Shown here: one piece after another, positions 8,163 to 17,201 of the stretch
Numbering within the stretch: the stretch's first letter is position 1
Layout of the letters: each line of letters begins with the position of its first letter
Sequence record: NC_048046.1
DNA: 64,000 nucleotides
Reading direction: 5' to 3' (one strand)
Position numbers and translations under genes: made by a program
Notes under the pieces: generated by a model
The model's input: the letters and a program-made list of their open reading frames with translations, nothing else
Databases searched by the model: none
What the model was told of the DNA's origin: nothing

Positions 8163-8637
8163 CCTGATCTGGCGCCGGCCCGGTGGCCTGGAGGAGTGCC
8201 CGTACTTCCGCTTGACCAAGCTGGACTTCGGACTGTTCTCGTTACGGGTCCACGAGTGGGCTGGCGATGACGATCATCGTGCTTACCACGATCATCCGAA
8301 CTGGTTCATCACCTTCGTCCTGAAGGGCGGCTACACCGACGAGAGCCCGGACATGCGGCCCGAGGTGATCGAGCGCCTGGGCGAGCCCGGCAAGGTCTAT
8401 GACGTCCTGCGGGCGGGCTCGATCCGGTACCGTCGCGCCGATTTCGCCCACAAGGTCATCAACGTCAAGCCGGGCACGGTCACGCTGCTGATCGCCGGCC
8501 GCCCATCGCGCCGCTGGGGCTTTTGGATCAAAGGCAAGCTGATCAAACGCGATCGCTACTTCATCGAGCAGGGCCACCACGGCTGCACGCCCGACGCGGC
8601 TCCGATCCGCCGGCGACCTGACGGGTCGCGCCTGTGA
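8149..8637 (+). CDS. cupin-like protein
   Basis: HDHP..F.T.VLKGGY and later FAHKV pattern typical of small phage cupins. Confidence 0.55.
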   Translation: MKLPSLIWRRPGGLEECPYFRLTKLDFGLFSLRVHEWAGDDDHRAYHDHPNWFITFVLKGGYTDESPDMRPEVIERLGEPGKVYDVLRAGSIRYRRADFAHKVINVKPGTVTLLIAGRPSRRWGFWIKGKLIKRDRYFIEQGHHGCTPDAAPIRRRPDGSRL

Positions 8638-8912
8638 TCTACTACCTGGAGGACGGCACGGTCATGGACCTGCGCTTCCAGTGTGTGAAGTGCGGTAAGC
8701 TGACGGGTGGCCGTCGCCCGCGTGACGGCATCGGTCCGGGAGACGGCACCTACTATTACCCGCGCAAGCACAAGAGCGCGCTGGGCGATCCTTGTCCAGG
8801 AACCTATGACGAGGCCGAATGGGTCGACCAAGCGGTCGGCCGCGTTGAGCCGCTCGAACGCTCGCAGTCTCGTCTGCGTGGAAAACTAGACTTCAAGCGT
8901 CACAAGGTGTAA
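8634..8912 (+). CDS. small Cys/His protein
   Basis: CVKCG ... H ... CPG; GTGA overlap. Confidence 0.55.
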   Translation: MIYYLEDGTVMDLRFQCVKCGKLTGGRRPRDGIGPGDGTYYYPRKHKSALGDPCPGTYDEAEWVDQAVGRVEPLERSQSRLRGKLDFKRHKV

Positions 8913-8978
8913 CTATGCCGTATGTCGATCAAGAACGAGGTGGTCGTCTTCCGTTAGGTTAGCTAACGGAGACTACCC

Positions 8979-9464
8979 ATGACCCAGAACTGGAGCCGCG
9001 TTGACGGCCCTGTGATCGCCCTCGAAACCTGGGGGACGATGCGCCGCTTTGAATCTCTGGTGGAGGCGGTGCAATACTATGCGCGCGGTTACTATGGTGA
9101 CCCGAAGATGCGCCATATCCTCGACCAGGACGGCCTCTATATCCCGACCTGGAAGATCGACGAGGTTGCGCGCCTCAATCCTCGCCCGAGCTATCGGCGC
9201 TGGAACCGCCGGTACGTCTTCCGGCAAGGTCCGGTGGAGGGCGTTAGCTGTGCGCGCGCCAGCCGCCGGCGCTGCTATCGCCGGATCGCCACGACCAGCG
9301 AGCGCCGTGAGAACGGCTTTCTCTGCTATGACGAGGACGCGATCGACCTGGGCGTTAAGGTCCGGGGAAAGCGCTCGAAGCTCCCGTCGGCCTGGGACGA
9401 CGTCCAGCACGCCCGTCACGGTAACGGCTGGAAGCGCAACCGGCAGAAGCAGTATCGGGAATGA
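8979..9464 (+). CDS. conserved basic phage hypothetical (GPV..R..R..LPSAWDD..WK type)
   Basis: GGAG RBS; motif pattern recognised by eye. Confidence 0.65.
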   Translation: MTQNWSRVDGPVIALETWGTMRRFESLVEAVQYYARGYYGDPKMRHILDQDGLYIPTWKIDEVARLNPRPSYRRWNRRYVFRQGPVEGVSCARASRRRCYRRIATTSERRENGFLCYDEDAIDLGVKVRGKRSKLPSAWDDVQHARHGNGWKRNRQKQYRE

Positions 9465-9661
9465 ACCATACCCTCGCCAAGCGCAGCGGCCGTCTCTGGG
9501 TTCTCCAGGACGGCCAGCCGCTGTACACCCCTCCCGATTTTGTAAGGCGCGAGATGCGCGGGCGAGGGCTCATGGTCGAATTGGTCGCCCGGCTGAACGC
9601 GGGCGACAGCTACATCAAGTCGATCGTCTGGTTCGAAACGGCCGTGCGTCCCGATCCCTAG
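9461..9661 (+). CDS. hypothetical protein
   Basis: ATGA overlap. Confidence 0.5.
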   Translation: MNHTLAKRSGRLWVLQDGQPLYTPPDFVRREMRGRGLMVELVARLNAGDSYIKSIVWFETAVRPDP

Positions 9662-9671
9662 TGCGACAGCT

Positions 9672-10094
9672 TCATCGCGTCCTCCACATAACGAGGGGCT
9701 GTCTTGCACCCTCGTTCAGGACGTCCGACACCTTCGATTCAGCCAAGCCGGCGTGCTTCAGGGCGTGCAGCGAGGCCCGGACCTTGTCAGGGTTGTAACC
9801 CAGCACTTCTACGAGTTGATGGACGAAGACCCAGCCATGCCTTTCCTGGAGCCCTTCGAGGGCGCCCAGGGTTGCCTGGGACGCCGGCGCTTGCGCTCGC
9901 CGCTGAACCTTCTCGGCCAAGCTCATCCGATCCCGGCGCACCCGACGCTTTCCCAGACCCTGGAGCAGCGCATGGACATGGTCATGGCCCAGGCGGACCT
10001 CAATGCCTTTGAACGACAGGACAGCGCCATCCTTCACGAGGTGGACGTCCAGGACGTCGCCGGGGTCCAATGCGATGTCAAGCTTCAGCTTCAC
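9672..10094 (-). CDS. hypothetical protein, possible C-terminal winged HTH
   Basis: ORF track; VHQLVEVLGYNPDKVRASLHALKHAGL resembles a wHTH. Confidence 0.55.
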   Translation of the reverse strand: MKLKLDIALDPGDVLDVHLVKDGAVLSFKGIEVRLGHDHVHALLQGLGKRRVRRDRMSLAEKVQRRAQAPASQATLGALEGLQERHGWVFVHQLVEVLGYNPDKVRASLHALKHAGLAESKVSDVLNEGARQPLVMWRTR

Positions 10095-10717
10095 TCCACA
10101 CCTTCCAGCATGTTCAGCGCAGCCTGGGCGATCTCGCGCGGCGACATCTTCCGTTTGGGCGCATCGAAGTAGAGCGTCTTGAGAAGCTGCCGCGTCAACT
10201 CGATCCGGCGCTGTTGGCGTAGGGCCTCGATCGACGTGAGTTCCCGGACCGTGTTCTGTGCGCGCTCCAGCACGGCGGGCCAGCCGGCTCGACGCCGCGC
10301 TCGCTCCTCCTCGGAAACAGGCTCGTCCACGTACTCACCGGTCTCCCGATTGCGGTAGCGCTCCGTCTGCGGATACAGCGGATCAGCCAGCATCGCGGTG
10401 AAGTTCTCGACGGTGTGCTCAGCCTGCTGGAGCCTGTCGCGATGATCGAGCCAACCGATATGGCAGAGCGACTTGAGAACCCAGAGCGTCCCCGTGGCGT
10501 CATGGACCTGGACCGCTTCAGCCAGGACAAGCGCCTGATCGTAGGCAGCCTTCGACCAGTCGCGCTCGCCGGCGCCGATCCGAAGATTGTAGTTGTAGGG
10601 CTTGCCGAACGTGAGGCCGCCTGTCGCGGCGATCCTCGGCTTATAGCCCACATGGCCCATCGCCGGCGCGTCGCGGCCTTCAGCCCAGAACTCGACGAGA
10701 ACGTGATCCGTCGCCAT
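10091..10717 (-). CDS. hypothetical protein (start uncertain)
   Basis: 3' part of ORF 10091..11041; overlap with the next gene. Confidence 0.5.
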   Translation of the reverse strand: MATDHVLVEFWAEGRDAPAMGHVGYKPRIAATGGLTFGKPYNYNLRIGAGERDWSKAAYDQALVLAEAVQVHDATGTLWVLKSLCHIGWLDHRDRLQQAEHTVENFTAMLADPLYPQTERYRNRETGEYVDEPVSEEERARRRAGWPAVLERAQNTVRELTSIEALRQQRRIELTRQLLKTLYFDAPKRKMSPREIAQAALNMLEGVE

Positions 10718-10806
10718 GGTGGAGCCGTTGACCGAAACGAGGAATGATCCCAGGCCCGGAATGACGACCGGCTTGCGGTCGCCCTGTAGGTGGATGAAGC
10801 CTCGAC

Positions 10807-11022
10807 TCACAGGTACACCTCGGCCAGTTCGGGCGCGGCATCTTCGCCGTGCTCGTTGAACCACATCAGGATGGCGCTGTGGTACAGGTCGGCCGCTTTC
10901 GCCTTGGTGGGCGTCCGCATCAGATCGAGACGCCGTGCGTCGAGTTCGACCTGATCGGACAGTTCGGCGATGCGCTCCAGGGTCTCGAAATCGCGGCGGA
11001 CGGTGTCGTAGTGGTGAGCCAT
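10807..11022 (-). CDS. hypothetical protein
   Basis: ORF track, overlap chain. Confidence 0.55.
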   Translation of the reverse strand: MAHHYDTVRRDFETLERIAELSDQVELDARRLDLMRTPTKAKAADLYHSAILMWFNEHGEDAAPELAEVYL

Positions 11023-11267
11023 TACCAGCGCACCCCTTCACGTCGGCGGAACAGGATGCCCTGCGCCGCGTGAGGCATGTCAGCGTAGGCGCCCTTGAAC
11101 TCTTCGTCCTCGGTCAGGGCGATGGCCCAGCGCGTCTGCTGCACCCGACGCATGTAGCCGACCGTCTCACCTTGTTCGGTGACGATCTCGTACATGATGC
11201 CGGCGACGCTCTTGGCGTACAGGGTGACGCCGCCGGCCGGCGTGATGATCTGGCGACCTTGGGGCAT
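11022..11267 (-). CDS. hypothetical protein
   Basis: 3' part of ORF 11022..11594, ATG 11267. Confidence 0.5.
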   Translation of the reverse strand: MPQGRQIITPAGGVTLYAKSVAGIMYEIVTEQGETVGYMRRVQQTRWAIALTEDEEFKGAYADMPHAAQGILFRRREGVRW

Positions 11268-11482
11268 CAGGCGACCACCGGACAGTCGCCGGTCACGACC
11301 TTCACGCGGCCGTACTTGAAGCGCGGACGCAGGGCCTTGGCCGCGCGCTGGGCAGCCGCACCCGAGGGATGCGAGCACGAGTCGACGCCGGTGTCCTTGG
11401 CGATCGCGAGGCCCGCGACGGAGCCGAGCAGATCGCAGTACGGCCGTCCGCCGATCGTGATGTGATGGGTCTGCTTGCACAT
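11267..11482 (-). CDS. small Cys/His protein
   Basis: AAAGGAGG RBS just downstream of the promoter at 11516-11542. Confidence 0.6.
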   Translation of the reverse strand: MCKQTHHITIGGRPYCDLLGSVAGLAIAKDTGVDSCSHPSGAAAQRAAKALRPRFKYGRVKVVTGDCPVVA

Positions 11483-11538
11483 GGCGAGCCTCCTTTCGTT
11501 GTTCGTCAGGAGGGTTGTAAAGAAACGTTCCAACCTTG

Positions 11539-11781
11539 TCAACCGCTCGAAAGCGGAGGGTTGAGCACTTCGTACGTGGCGGCGGCGTCGGCAATGACTT
11601 TCGACCGCTGCTCGCTCGCTTCCGCGATCATCCGATGAGCGATCGTGCGCCAGCGATTACGTTCCTTCACCGACATTTCCTCGTAGGACTTCGCCCGATC
11701 CGGACGTTGTCCATAGGCACGTCGGACCCAGCTTTCGTAGAGCGTGATCGCCAACGTTTCGTAGGCGTCGATGCCGATCAT
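11539..11781 (-). CDS. hypothetical protein
   Basis: GGAGG RBS, overlap chain. Confidence 0.55.
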   Translation of the reverse strand: MIGIDAYETLAITLYESWVRRAYGQRPDRAKSYEEMSVKERNRWRTIAHRMIAEASEQRSKVIADAAATYEVLNPPLSSG

Positions 11782-12410
11782 GAGGCCTCCTTCTCGTAAA
11801 GCCGAGCCCAGGCCTCGGTCTGCCCCTCATGATCTGAAGCGGCGATGTTGGGATCGATCGGGCCGTGATGCAGGATCGTGTAGACGTGCGGAGCGCCGTG
11901 AGACCCTTCCATGACTAGCCCGTCAGGCGTGATCTGCGTGCGCATCTTCCAGCACCCGTTCAGGACCCAGAGGAAGGCTTCGCCATCTCGCACCGCCAGC
12001 ACCTGAGCGTAGATGCCCGCCACACCACGATCACCCAGCAGTAGGTAATCTTCAGCCTGAATGATGTGATCATCGGTGAAGGCGGTCGGTTCAGCGACCT
12101 GGACCTGCTGGCCGTCCGCATCGTAGCCTATGACGGTGACTACTTCGTCGATCTGCCGTACTACGGTGCGCTTATAGTAGACGATATCGACGATTTCCTG
12201 CGCCTCAATCATCGACTTCAGATAGCCGGCGGAGATCGCTCGGACTGCTTCCGCATGCGTCTCGTACGTGTCCGCGATCTCGGGGACCCACTCAGTCCAA
12301 GACCATCCGACCTTGGGGTAGACGTATTGGCCGATCTGTTTCGAAAAGCCCCGTACGACCCATTCGGTCTTTTTGGTGCTGTATTGGCGTGGATGCTTTC
12401 CGATCTTCAC
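11778..12410 (-). CDS. hypothetical protein
   Basis: ORF 11778..12476, likely GTG start 12410. Confidence 0.6.
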   Translation of the reverse strand: MKIGKHPRQYSTKKTEWVVRGFSKQIGQYVYPKVGWSWTEWVPEIADTYETHAEAVRAISAGYLKSMIEAQEIVDIVYYKRTVVRQIDEVVTVIGYDADGQQVQVAEPTAFTDDHIIQAEDYLLLGDRGVAGIYAQVLAVRDGEAFLWVLNGCWKMRTQITPDGLVMEGSHGAPHVYTILHHGPIDPNIAASDHEGQTEAWARLYEKEAS

Positions 12411-12790
12411 GGAACCACCACCAATTCGAAGTGCGCCTTGAAGGCGTCTCGGCGAGCCTGCTCCGCCTCTTCGCATACCTGGATTGCGCTTGCCAACGCC
12501 TTCTCCAGGTCGCGGCGCACCGCGTCCACTTTGTTGACCTTCTCTGTCTCCCGGTCCCAGACTTCGAACGCCTTCTTGCGGTGCTCGTAGGCCTGCTCGA
12601 ACGTATCGTAGTGAGCCAGCACGTGAGTGAATTTGGTGTGCAGGATGCCCGTCTTCAGGCCCGGATCGGCAAGACGGGCGATCCGCACGCTACTCCGAAA
12701 GCGGTCCTCCAGTTCGACGGTTGACCAGTCCACGATCTCCAGCGAGGCCGGCATGGGACGGGACGAGTAGGAGACGATGGCGACGGTCAT
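12407..12790 (-). CDS. hypothetical protein
   Basis: GGAGG RBS, ORF track. Confidence 0.65.
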   Translation of the reverse strand: MTVAIVSYSSRPMPASLEIVDWSTVELEDRFRSSVRIARLADPGLKTGILHTKFTHVLAHYDTFEQAYEHRKKAFEVWDRETEKVNKVDAVRRDLEKALASAIQVCEEAEQARRDAFKAHFELVVVP

Positions 12791-12798
12791 AAGCCCTC

Positions 12799-13566
12799 CT
12801 AGACGATGTACGGTACGCGCTGGCGGAAGTCGAAGGCGCGCTTCGTCTCCCGGACGTAGTCGATCAGCTTCTTCAGCAAGTCGGAGTCGTGTGCCGCCGG
12901 ATCGAAGTCGTTGCGCAGGATCGCGTCGATCAGTTCGATGTTCTCGGCGGCGAGTTCTTCGCGTCCGCAGAAGCAGTCGCCCATGCGGGCGGCTTCCATG
13001 ACCGGCTTAGGTACGTTGAGCCGCTCACAGATGACCATGATCTCGCTCTTCCACAGCGACCGGATCGGCTGGATCGAGACGGAGTCCGAGAGCAGGCTGA
13101 ACTTGCCCAGGGTGAACTCGGTCAGATTGGTGCAGCCCACGACCCAGAAGTTGCTGCCCGGCTCGAACGGAATCGGCTTGCTGATCAGCATGCCTTCGTG
13201 GGATTCGACCGCGTTCAGCGCGCGCAGGTGGATGTCCGCCCAGCGTTGCTGATCGTGATTGTCGCCCAGAGGTACGACAACTTCCAGAACCACTTCGTCG
13301 CCCGCGACTTCCTTGATCCAGGTAGCGGCGGCGGCTTCGAACCAACTCGGCGTCGCGCGGCCGGCGTTGATGTAGTGCAGAGCCCGGATAGGCACGCGGC
13401 GGAAGCCCTCGGCCTCCAGTTCGCGCACGGCCGTCAGCAGGGCGTAGAACGCCGTCAGCGAGTCGGTGCCTGACAGGCCGATGATGAAGCCCGGCACGGG
13501 CGTCTGGGACTGCTTGATCTTGATCTTCAGTCGCGTGACGAGGTTCTGGAATTTAGGCGTCGGCAA
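12799..13566 (-). CDS. nadE: NAD+ synthetase-like (NadE / N-type ATP pyrophosphatase) protein
   Basis: FIIGLSGTDS (SGGxDS-like PP-loop), VGCTNLTE, G.FS, PIRSLWKSEI..I...L.VP; probable TTG start 13566. Confidence 0.6.
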   Translation of the reverse strand: MPTPKFQNLVTRLKIKIKQSQTPVPGFIIGLSGTDSLTAFYALLTAVRELEAEGFRRVPIRALHYINAGRATPSWFEAAAATWIKEVAGDEVVLEVVVPLGDNHDQQRWADIHLRALNAVESHEGMLISKPIPFEPGSNFWVVGCTNLTEFTLGKFSLLSDSVSIQPIRSLWKSEIMVICERLNVPKPVMEAARMGDCFCGREELAAENIELIDAILRNDFDPAAHDSDLLKKLIDYVRETKRAFDFRQRVPYIV

Positions 13567-13777
13567 TCGAGTCGTCCTTAGGCTTGGTGATGTTCGGGTT
13601 GATCTCATCGAGCGCGGCCTTGATCTCAGCCGTCAGCGCCTTCGTGCGCTCCAGCAGATCATCGTGAATAGCCTGCTGCTCGGCCGTGAGTGGCTTGGGC
13701 GCATAGTCCTGGGGCTCGCTGACGGGCTCCAGCCACGTCATGCCAGTCTCGGGACAGGTGAACTTCTGAAACTTCAT
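13553..13777 (-). CDS. hypothetical protein
   Basis: 3' part of ORF 13553..14029, ATG 13777. Confidence 0.5.
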   Translation of the reverse strand: MKFQKFTCPETGMTWLEPVSEPQDYAPKPLTAEQQAIHDDLLERTKALTAEIKAALDEINPNITKPKDDSIADA

Positions 13778-13781
13778 CAGA

Positions 13782-14099
13782 TCACCGGGGCATAGACGAG
13801 ACTTGGCAGGTGCGGTTTTGCACCGTACTGACGGCGACATAGACGGTATCTTCGACTTGACCGGCGTTGCGTGGCACGTTCCGAACGCGGAAGATTTGGC
13901 ATTCGCCGTACTGTCCGAATTTGGCGACCAGGGCGACCTTCGGCTTGTGTCGCAGGCTTTCCCAATCGAAGACCGGAAGAGCATCGGCGCGAGCCGGTCT
14001 GACGACGCCAGCGATCGCCCATAGGACAACCAGCGAGGCCAAGGCGAACGCGATCCAGCCGACCGTTTGTTTCGGGGTCGGATTGAAGAGAAAATCCAT
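13782..14099 (-). CDS. N-terminally anchored or secreted small protein
   Basis: AGGAG RBS; hydrophobic N-terminus followed by ARA. Confidence 0.6.
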   Translation of the reverse strand: MDFLFNPTPKQTVGWIAFALASLVVLWAIAGVVRPARADALPVFDWESLRHKPKVALVAKFGQYGECQIFRVRNVPRNAGQVEDTVYVAVSTVQNRTCQVSSMPR

Positions 14100-14120
14100 G
14101 AAAGACTCCTGTGCTTGAGT

Positions 14121-14196
14121 TGGCGATCCCTACTGGACTCGAACCAGTACCCGCCCTTTAGAAGAGGGCTGCCCTCTCCGGTTGGACCAAGGGACC
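14121..14196 (-). tRNA. tRNA-Arg(UCU)
   Basis: Reverse complement folds fully: acceptor GGTCCCT/AGGGATC-G-CCA, anticodon arm GCCCT-CTTCTAA-AGGGC, T-arm ACTGG-TTCGAGT-CCAGT; 76 nt. Confidence 0.9.
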
Positions 14197-14199
14197 TAG

Positions 14200-14559
14200 T
14201 TAGCCGGCCGCCATGTGAAGGGCGTACTCGGCGCGTTCACGGAATGCTTTCCTGGCGGCGTAGGCGCGGTCGGCGATCTCGCTGGAGTAGAGTTGGCTCC
14301 TGTTGCCGAGATTGGCGCGGGCGTGCGACTCCTCGATCCAGAAGGCGGCTTCGTGCTCCGTCCAGTCGCCGGCCTCGACCAGCGCGAGCCGTGCGACCAT
14401 GGCGCGGCGCGACCATTCGGCCTGTGCGTACTGGATGAAGGTCATCGAGTAGGCTTCGGTCGCCAGGGCGGGCCTGATCACGAAGCTGAAGCCGCCGACG
14501 ACGGGCATGACTTGGTCTACGATCGACTCGGCTTTTGCGAGGGCAGCTTGACGTTCCAT
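14200..14559 (-). CDS. hypothetical protein
   Basis: ORF 14200..14595, likely ATG 14559. Confidence 0.6.
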   Translation of the reverse strand: MERQAALAKAESIVDQVMPVVGGFSFVIRPALATEAYSMTFIQYAQAEWSRRAMVARLALVEAGDWTEHEAAFWIEESHARANLGNRSQLYSSEIADRAYAARKAFRERAEYALHMAAG

Positions 14560-14990
14560 CAGGCGGCTTCCGCGCCGGCCAGCACGTGATACCACGAGTC
14601 CGGATGCTTCGAGTTGCCCTCGTCCTTGATCCAGCCGCCGCCGAAGTGGGCGGTCAGTAGGTTCAGGATGCGTTCGGCGTCGCCGTGCGAGCCCAAGCTG
14701 AGCAGCACGCCCGGATCGCGCGAGAAGACCTCGCGGTAGTCGCAGGCGCAGTAGCCATTGAGGAAGACGTGCATCATGCGCGACTCGCCGCGCTTGCGCC
14801 GGTGATACATCTTGGTCGCGTTGCCGGCGACCTGGGCGGGCGTCAGTTCCTCATCGAAATGCACCACGACGTGATCATCTTGATCCGTCAGGCGGATCGT
14901 GTAGTTCGAGCCGCCGTACAGTCGACGCATCGCCTTCACGATCGTCATGATGTCGGTCTGCTGGAACACGGCATTGCAGGAAATGGTCAT
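14559..14990 (-). CDS. hypothetical protein
   Basis: AGGAGG RBS downstream of the promoter at 15022. Confidence 0.7.
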   Translation of the reverse strand: MTISCNAVFQQTDIMTIVKAMRRLYGGSNYTIRLTDQDDHVVVHFDEELTPAQVAGNATKMYHRRKRGESRMMHVFLNGYCACDYREVFSRDPGVLLSLGSHGDAERILNLLTAHFGGGWIKDEGNSKHPDSWYHVLAGAEAA

Positions 14991-15044
14991 CAGGGCCTCC
15001 TGGTTGTTCGTCAGAGGTGTCTGTAAAGAAACACTGGACGCCTG

Positions 15045-15347
15045 TCAACTCTCTCCAGCGGCGGCTTCGAATTCCGCGTACAGCTTCACGACATGGCCGA
15101 CTGCCTGCTCGACGAAGAGGAAGTACGTCTCAGGACGCTGCCCGTACACCGGCTCCTCGTTCAGCTTGTAGAAGCCGAAGCCGTACTTGGCCGTCCACTG
15201 GACCTGGATGTTGAAATCGTTGCAGTCAACCTCGATCCAGAACTCGCCGTTAGGCGATTCGGGTTTGTCGAGATGCGTCGTGGCCGAGGACGATAGTCGC
15301 TCGGGAATCAGCGCCATGAAGTCGCCGGGCTGCTTGTAGAGGCTCAT
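15045..15347 (-). CDS. hypothetical protein
   Basis: ORF track, ATGA overlap. Confidence 0.6.
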   Translation of the reverse strand: MSLYKQPGDFMALIPERLSSSATTHLDKPESPNGEFWIEVDCNDFNIQVQWTAKYGFGFYKLNEEPVYGQRPETYFLFVEQAVGHVVKLYAEFEAAAGES

Positions 15348-15652
15348 CGTGGCGCCTCGACCTTCTTGCGTCGGTTCTTGTGGGCTTCCCAGCCCGCCTT
15401 GAAGGCGATGTCCAGGACGATGCGATCCACGCCCGGCGGATAGGTACCGCCTTGAGCCTTCCAGGCTTCGAAAGCCTCGTGACGTTCCTGCATGTCGTTC
15501 TTCCTCATGGCGCCCTCCTCTTCATGCGCTGCTGGAACATAGACCGCCGACAACGGCTCGCCGCGCTTGACGTACAGGTAGCCATCGGGCACCGGCGGCA
15601 AGCCTTGCTTTTTTGGGTCGAGCTTGAAAGTGTGGGTCTCGACTTCAGGCAT
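15344..15652 (-). CDS. hypothetical protein
   Basis: GAGGAG RBS downstream of the promoter at 15679. Confidence 0.65.
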   Translation of the reverse strand: MPEVETHTFKLDPKKQGLPPVPDGYLYVKRGEPLSAVYVPAAHEEEGAMRKNDMQERHEAFEAWKAQGGTYPPGVDRIVLDIAFKAGWEAHKNRRKKVEAPR

Positions 15653-15777
15653 GGCGCTCCTCGCGATCGTTAGGCTCTTGTAAAGAAACCCTACGTGAGG
15701 TCAAGCCTCAAAATGCCGGCTTGACAGTCTGGCTGGCCGTGCGAGAACCAACGCTGCCATTAACCATAGGGGCCGTC

Positions 15778-16227
15778 ATGGGCACGCGCGCGCAGTTCTT
15801 CATCAACCACCCGAGCGATCTCGAAAAGCGTATCTGGCTAGGCTCGGTGGCCTGGGATGGCTATCCGGAAGGCGATATCGGTGAGGCCTTCCAGGGCGTC
15901 AAGACGGTTCACGACTTCCGCGAGGCCGTCGACAAGATCGCCCTCCAGCGGGACGACTACTGCGATCCGGACAAGCGCTCGTTCCCGTTCCCCTGGATGA
16001 ACGACCTCTACCTGACCGACTGCACCTACGCCTTCTTCGATGACGCGGTCCAGTTCACGTACTTCCACAATGGCTTCATGCCGCTGGAGCAGTTCCTGGC
16101 GCTCACCGAAGAGCAGCACGAAGAACTCAGCGAGCGCGAGGATCAGCTTCCCGAGAACGTACCGGCGCCGACGTCAGCCCTGCCGCCCGGCCCCGACAGC
16201 ATCATCATCGTGAGCGCAGCCGGCTAG
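15778..16227 (+). CDS. conserved phage hypothetical (MGTR...WDGYP type)
   Basis: N-terminal MGTRA..F / WDGYPEG pattern; divergent from 15344..15652. Confidence 0.65.
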   Translation: MGTRAQFFINHPSDLEKRIWLGSVAWDGYPEGDIGEAFQGVKTVHDFREAVDKIALQRDDYCDPDKRSFPFPWMNDLYLTDCTYAFFDDAVQFTYFHNGFMPLEQFLALTEEQHEELSEREDQLPENVPAPTSALPPGPDSIIIVSAAG

Positions 16228-16493
16228 GCTGCGTTCTTACCGATGTGGTAGCCGTCGCAATAGACGCACTTGTAAGAGCGGAAGACCCCGCCGTGCTTGC
16301 GCTCCATGGCGGCGGCTGCCTTCTCCGCGCTGGCGAGGGAGCCGTACTCGACCTTGGGCTTTTTGCTGCCCCGGCTGATGTGGGAGTTGCGACTGAACAT
16401 CCCCCAGGCATTGCCGGTGACGAAGAAGTTGCGGTAAAACCGCGCCAGCGGCAGTTGACCCTTCAGGGCGAGATAGACGTTACGCAGCTTCAT
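16224..16493 (-). CDS. small basic protein with YxCxxCxGYH motif
   Basis: YKCVYCDGYHIGK; GGAGG RBS. Confidence 0.65.
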   Translation of the reverse strand: MKLRNVYLALKGQLPLARFYRNFFVTGNAWGMFSRNSHISRGSKKPKVEYGSLASAEKAAAAMERKHGGVFRSYKCVYCDGYHIGKNAA

Positions 16494-16517
16494 CGGAGGC
16501 CTTTTGGAGGTCGGTCA

Positions 16518-17201
16518 CTAGTCGATTTCCCCTGCATAACGTAAACGGCTGAGGATCGCGTGAGCCTCCTGCTCTTTGAGCGCGCAGCCCTTGAGGGTTT
16601 TCATTTTCGCCGCAGCTTCGAGCAACTTGGCGGCCTGCTTGAGCTTGGCGGCCGTAGCTTGAATCTTGGCCGGACGTTTCGTGTCGCCGATCCAATCAGC
16701 CTGATCGACAACGGTGCCGTCGCGAATGTCCACGATCCGCCAGCGCGTATCATAGTTGAGGGGATCGTAGGGGTCAGTGTTGACCCGACGCTTCAGAGCG
16801 GCCTTGGCGTCGCCCAGGGTGATCGAGCGCTCATTAACCACCCAGGACCGGCGGCCTTTCAAGGTCGTCTTGCCGTAAGCTTGAAGAGCATAGACAGGAA
16901 GTTCTGAACTTCCCTCATGCGTGGCTTCCTGTCCCGCCATGGCTTCCGGATACACCACTTTTCCTGTACGGATGTCGATGATCCGCGTGTCGGTCCCTTT
17001 GTTGATCCGATCGCCGTCCACGCCTTTCCCCAGAGCGTCGCAATTCTCGATCGCGGTTTCCATGGTGCGATAATGGCCATGGGCGGTCCACGTGCGCCGG
17101 TCACGGGTAAGCGCAAAACGATTCCGAACATGAGCCGGGAACGGATACAGGCCTTGCACCCAGAACGGACCATTCGAGGGGTTAGTCCAGTCATCTTGCA
17201 T
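16518..17201 (-). CDS. protein with an internal two-fold repeat
   Basis: TRIIDIRTGKVV and WRIVDIRDGTVV repeats; GGAGG RBS at ATG 17201. Confidence 0.6.
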   Translation of the reverse strand: MQDDWTNPSNGPFWVQGLYPFPAHVRNRFALTRDRRTWTAHGHYRTMETAIENCDALGKGVDGDRINKGTDTRIIDIRTGKVVYPEAMAGQEATHEGSSELPVYALQAYGKTTLKGRRSWVVNERSITLGDAKAALKRRVNTDPYDPLNYDTRWRIVDIRDGTVVDQADWIGDTKRPAKIQATAAKLKQAAKLLEAAAKMKTLKGCALKEQEAHAILSRLRYAGEID

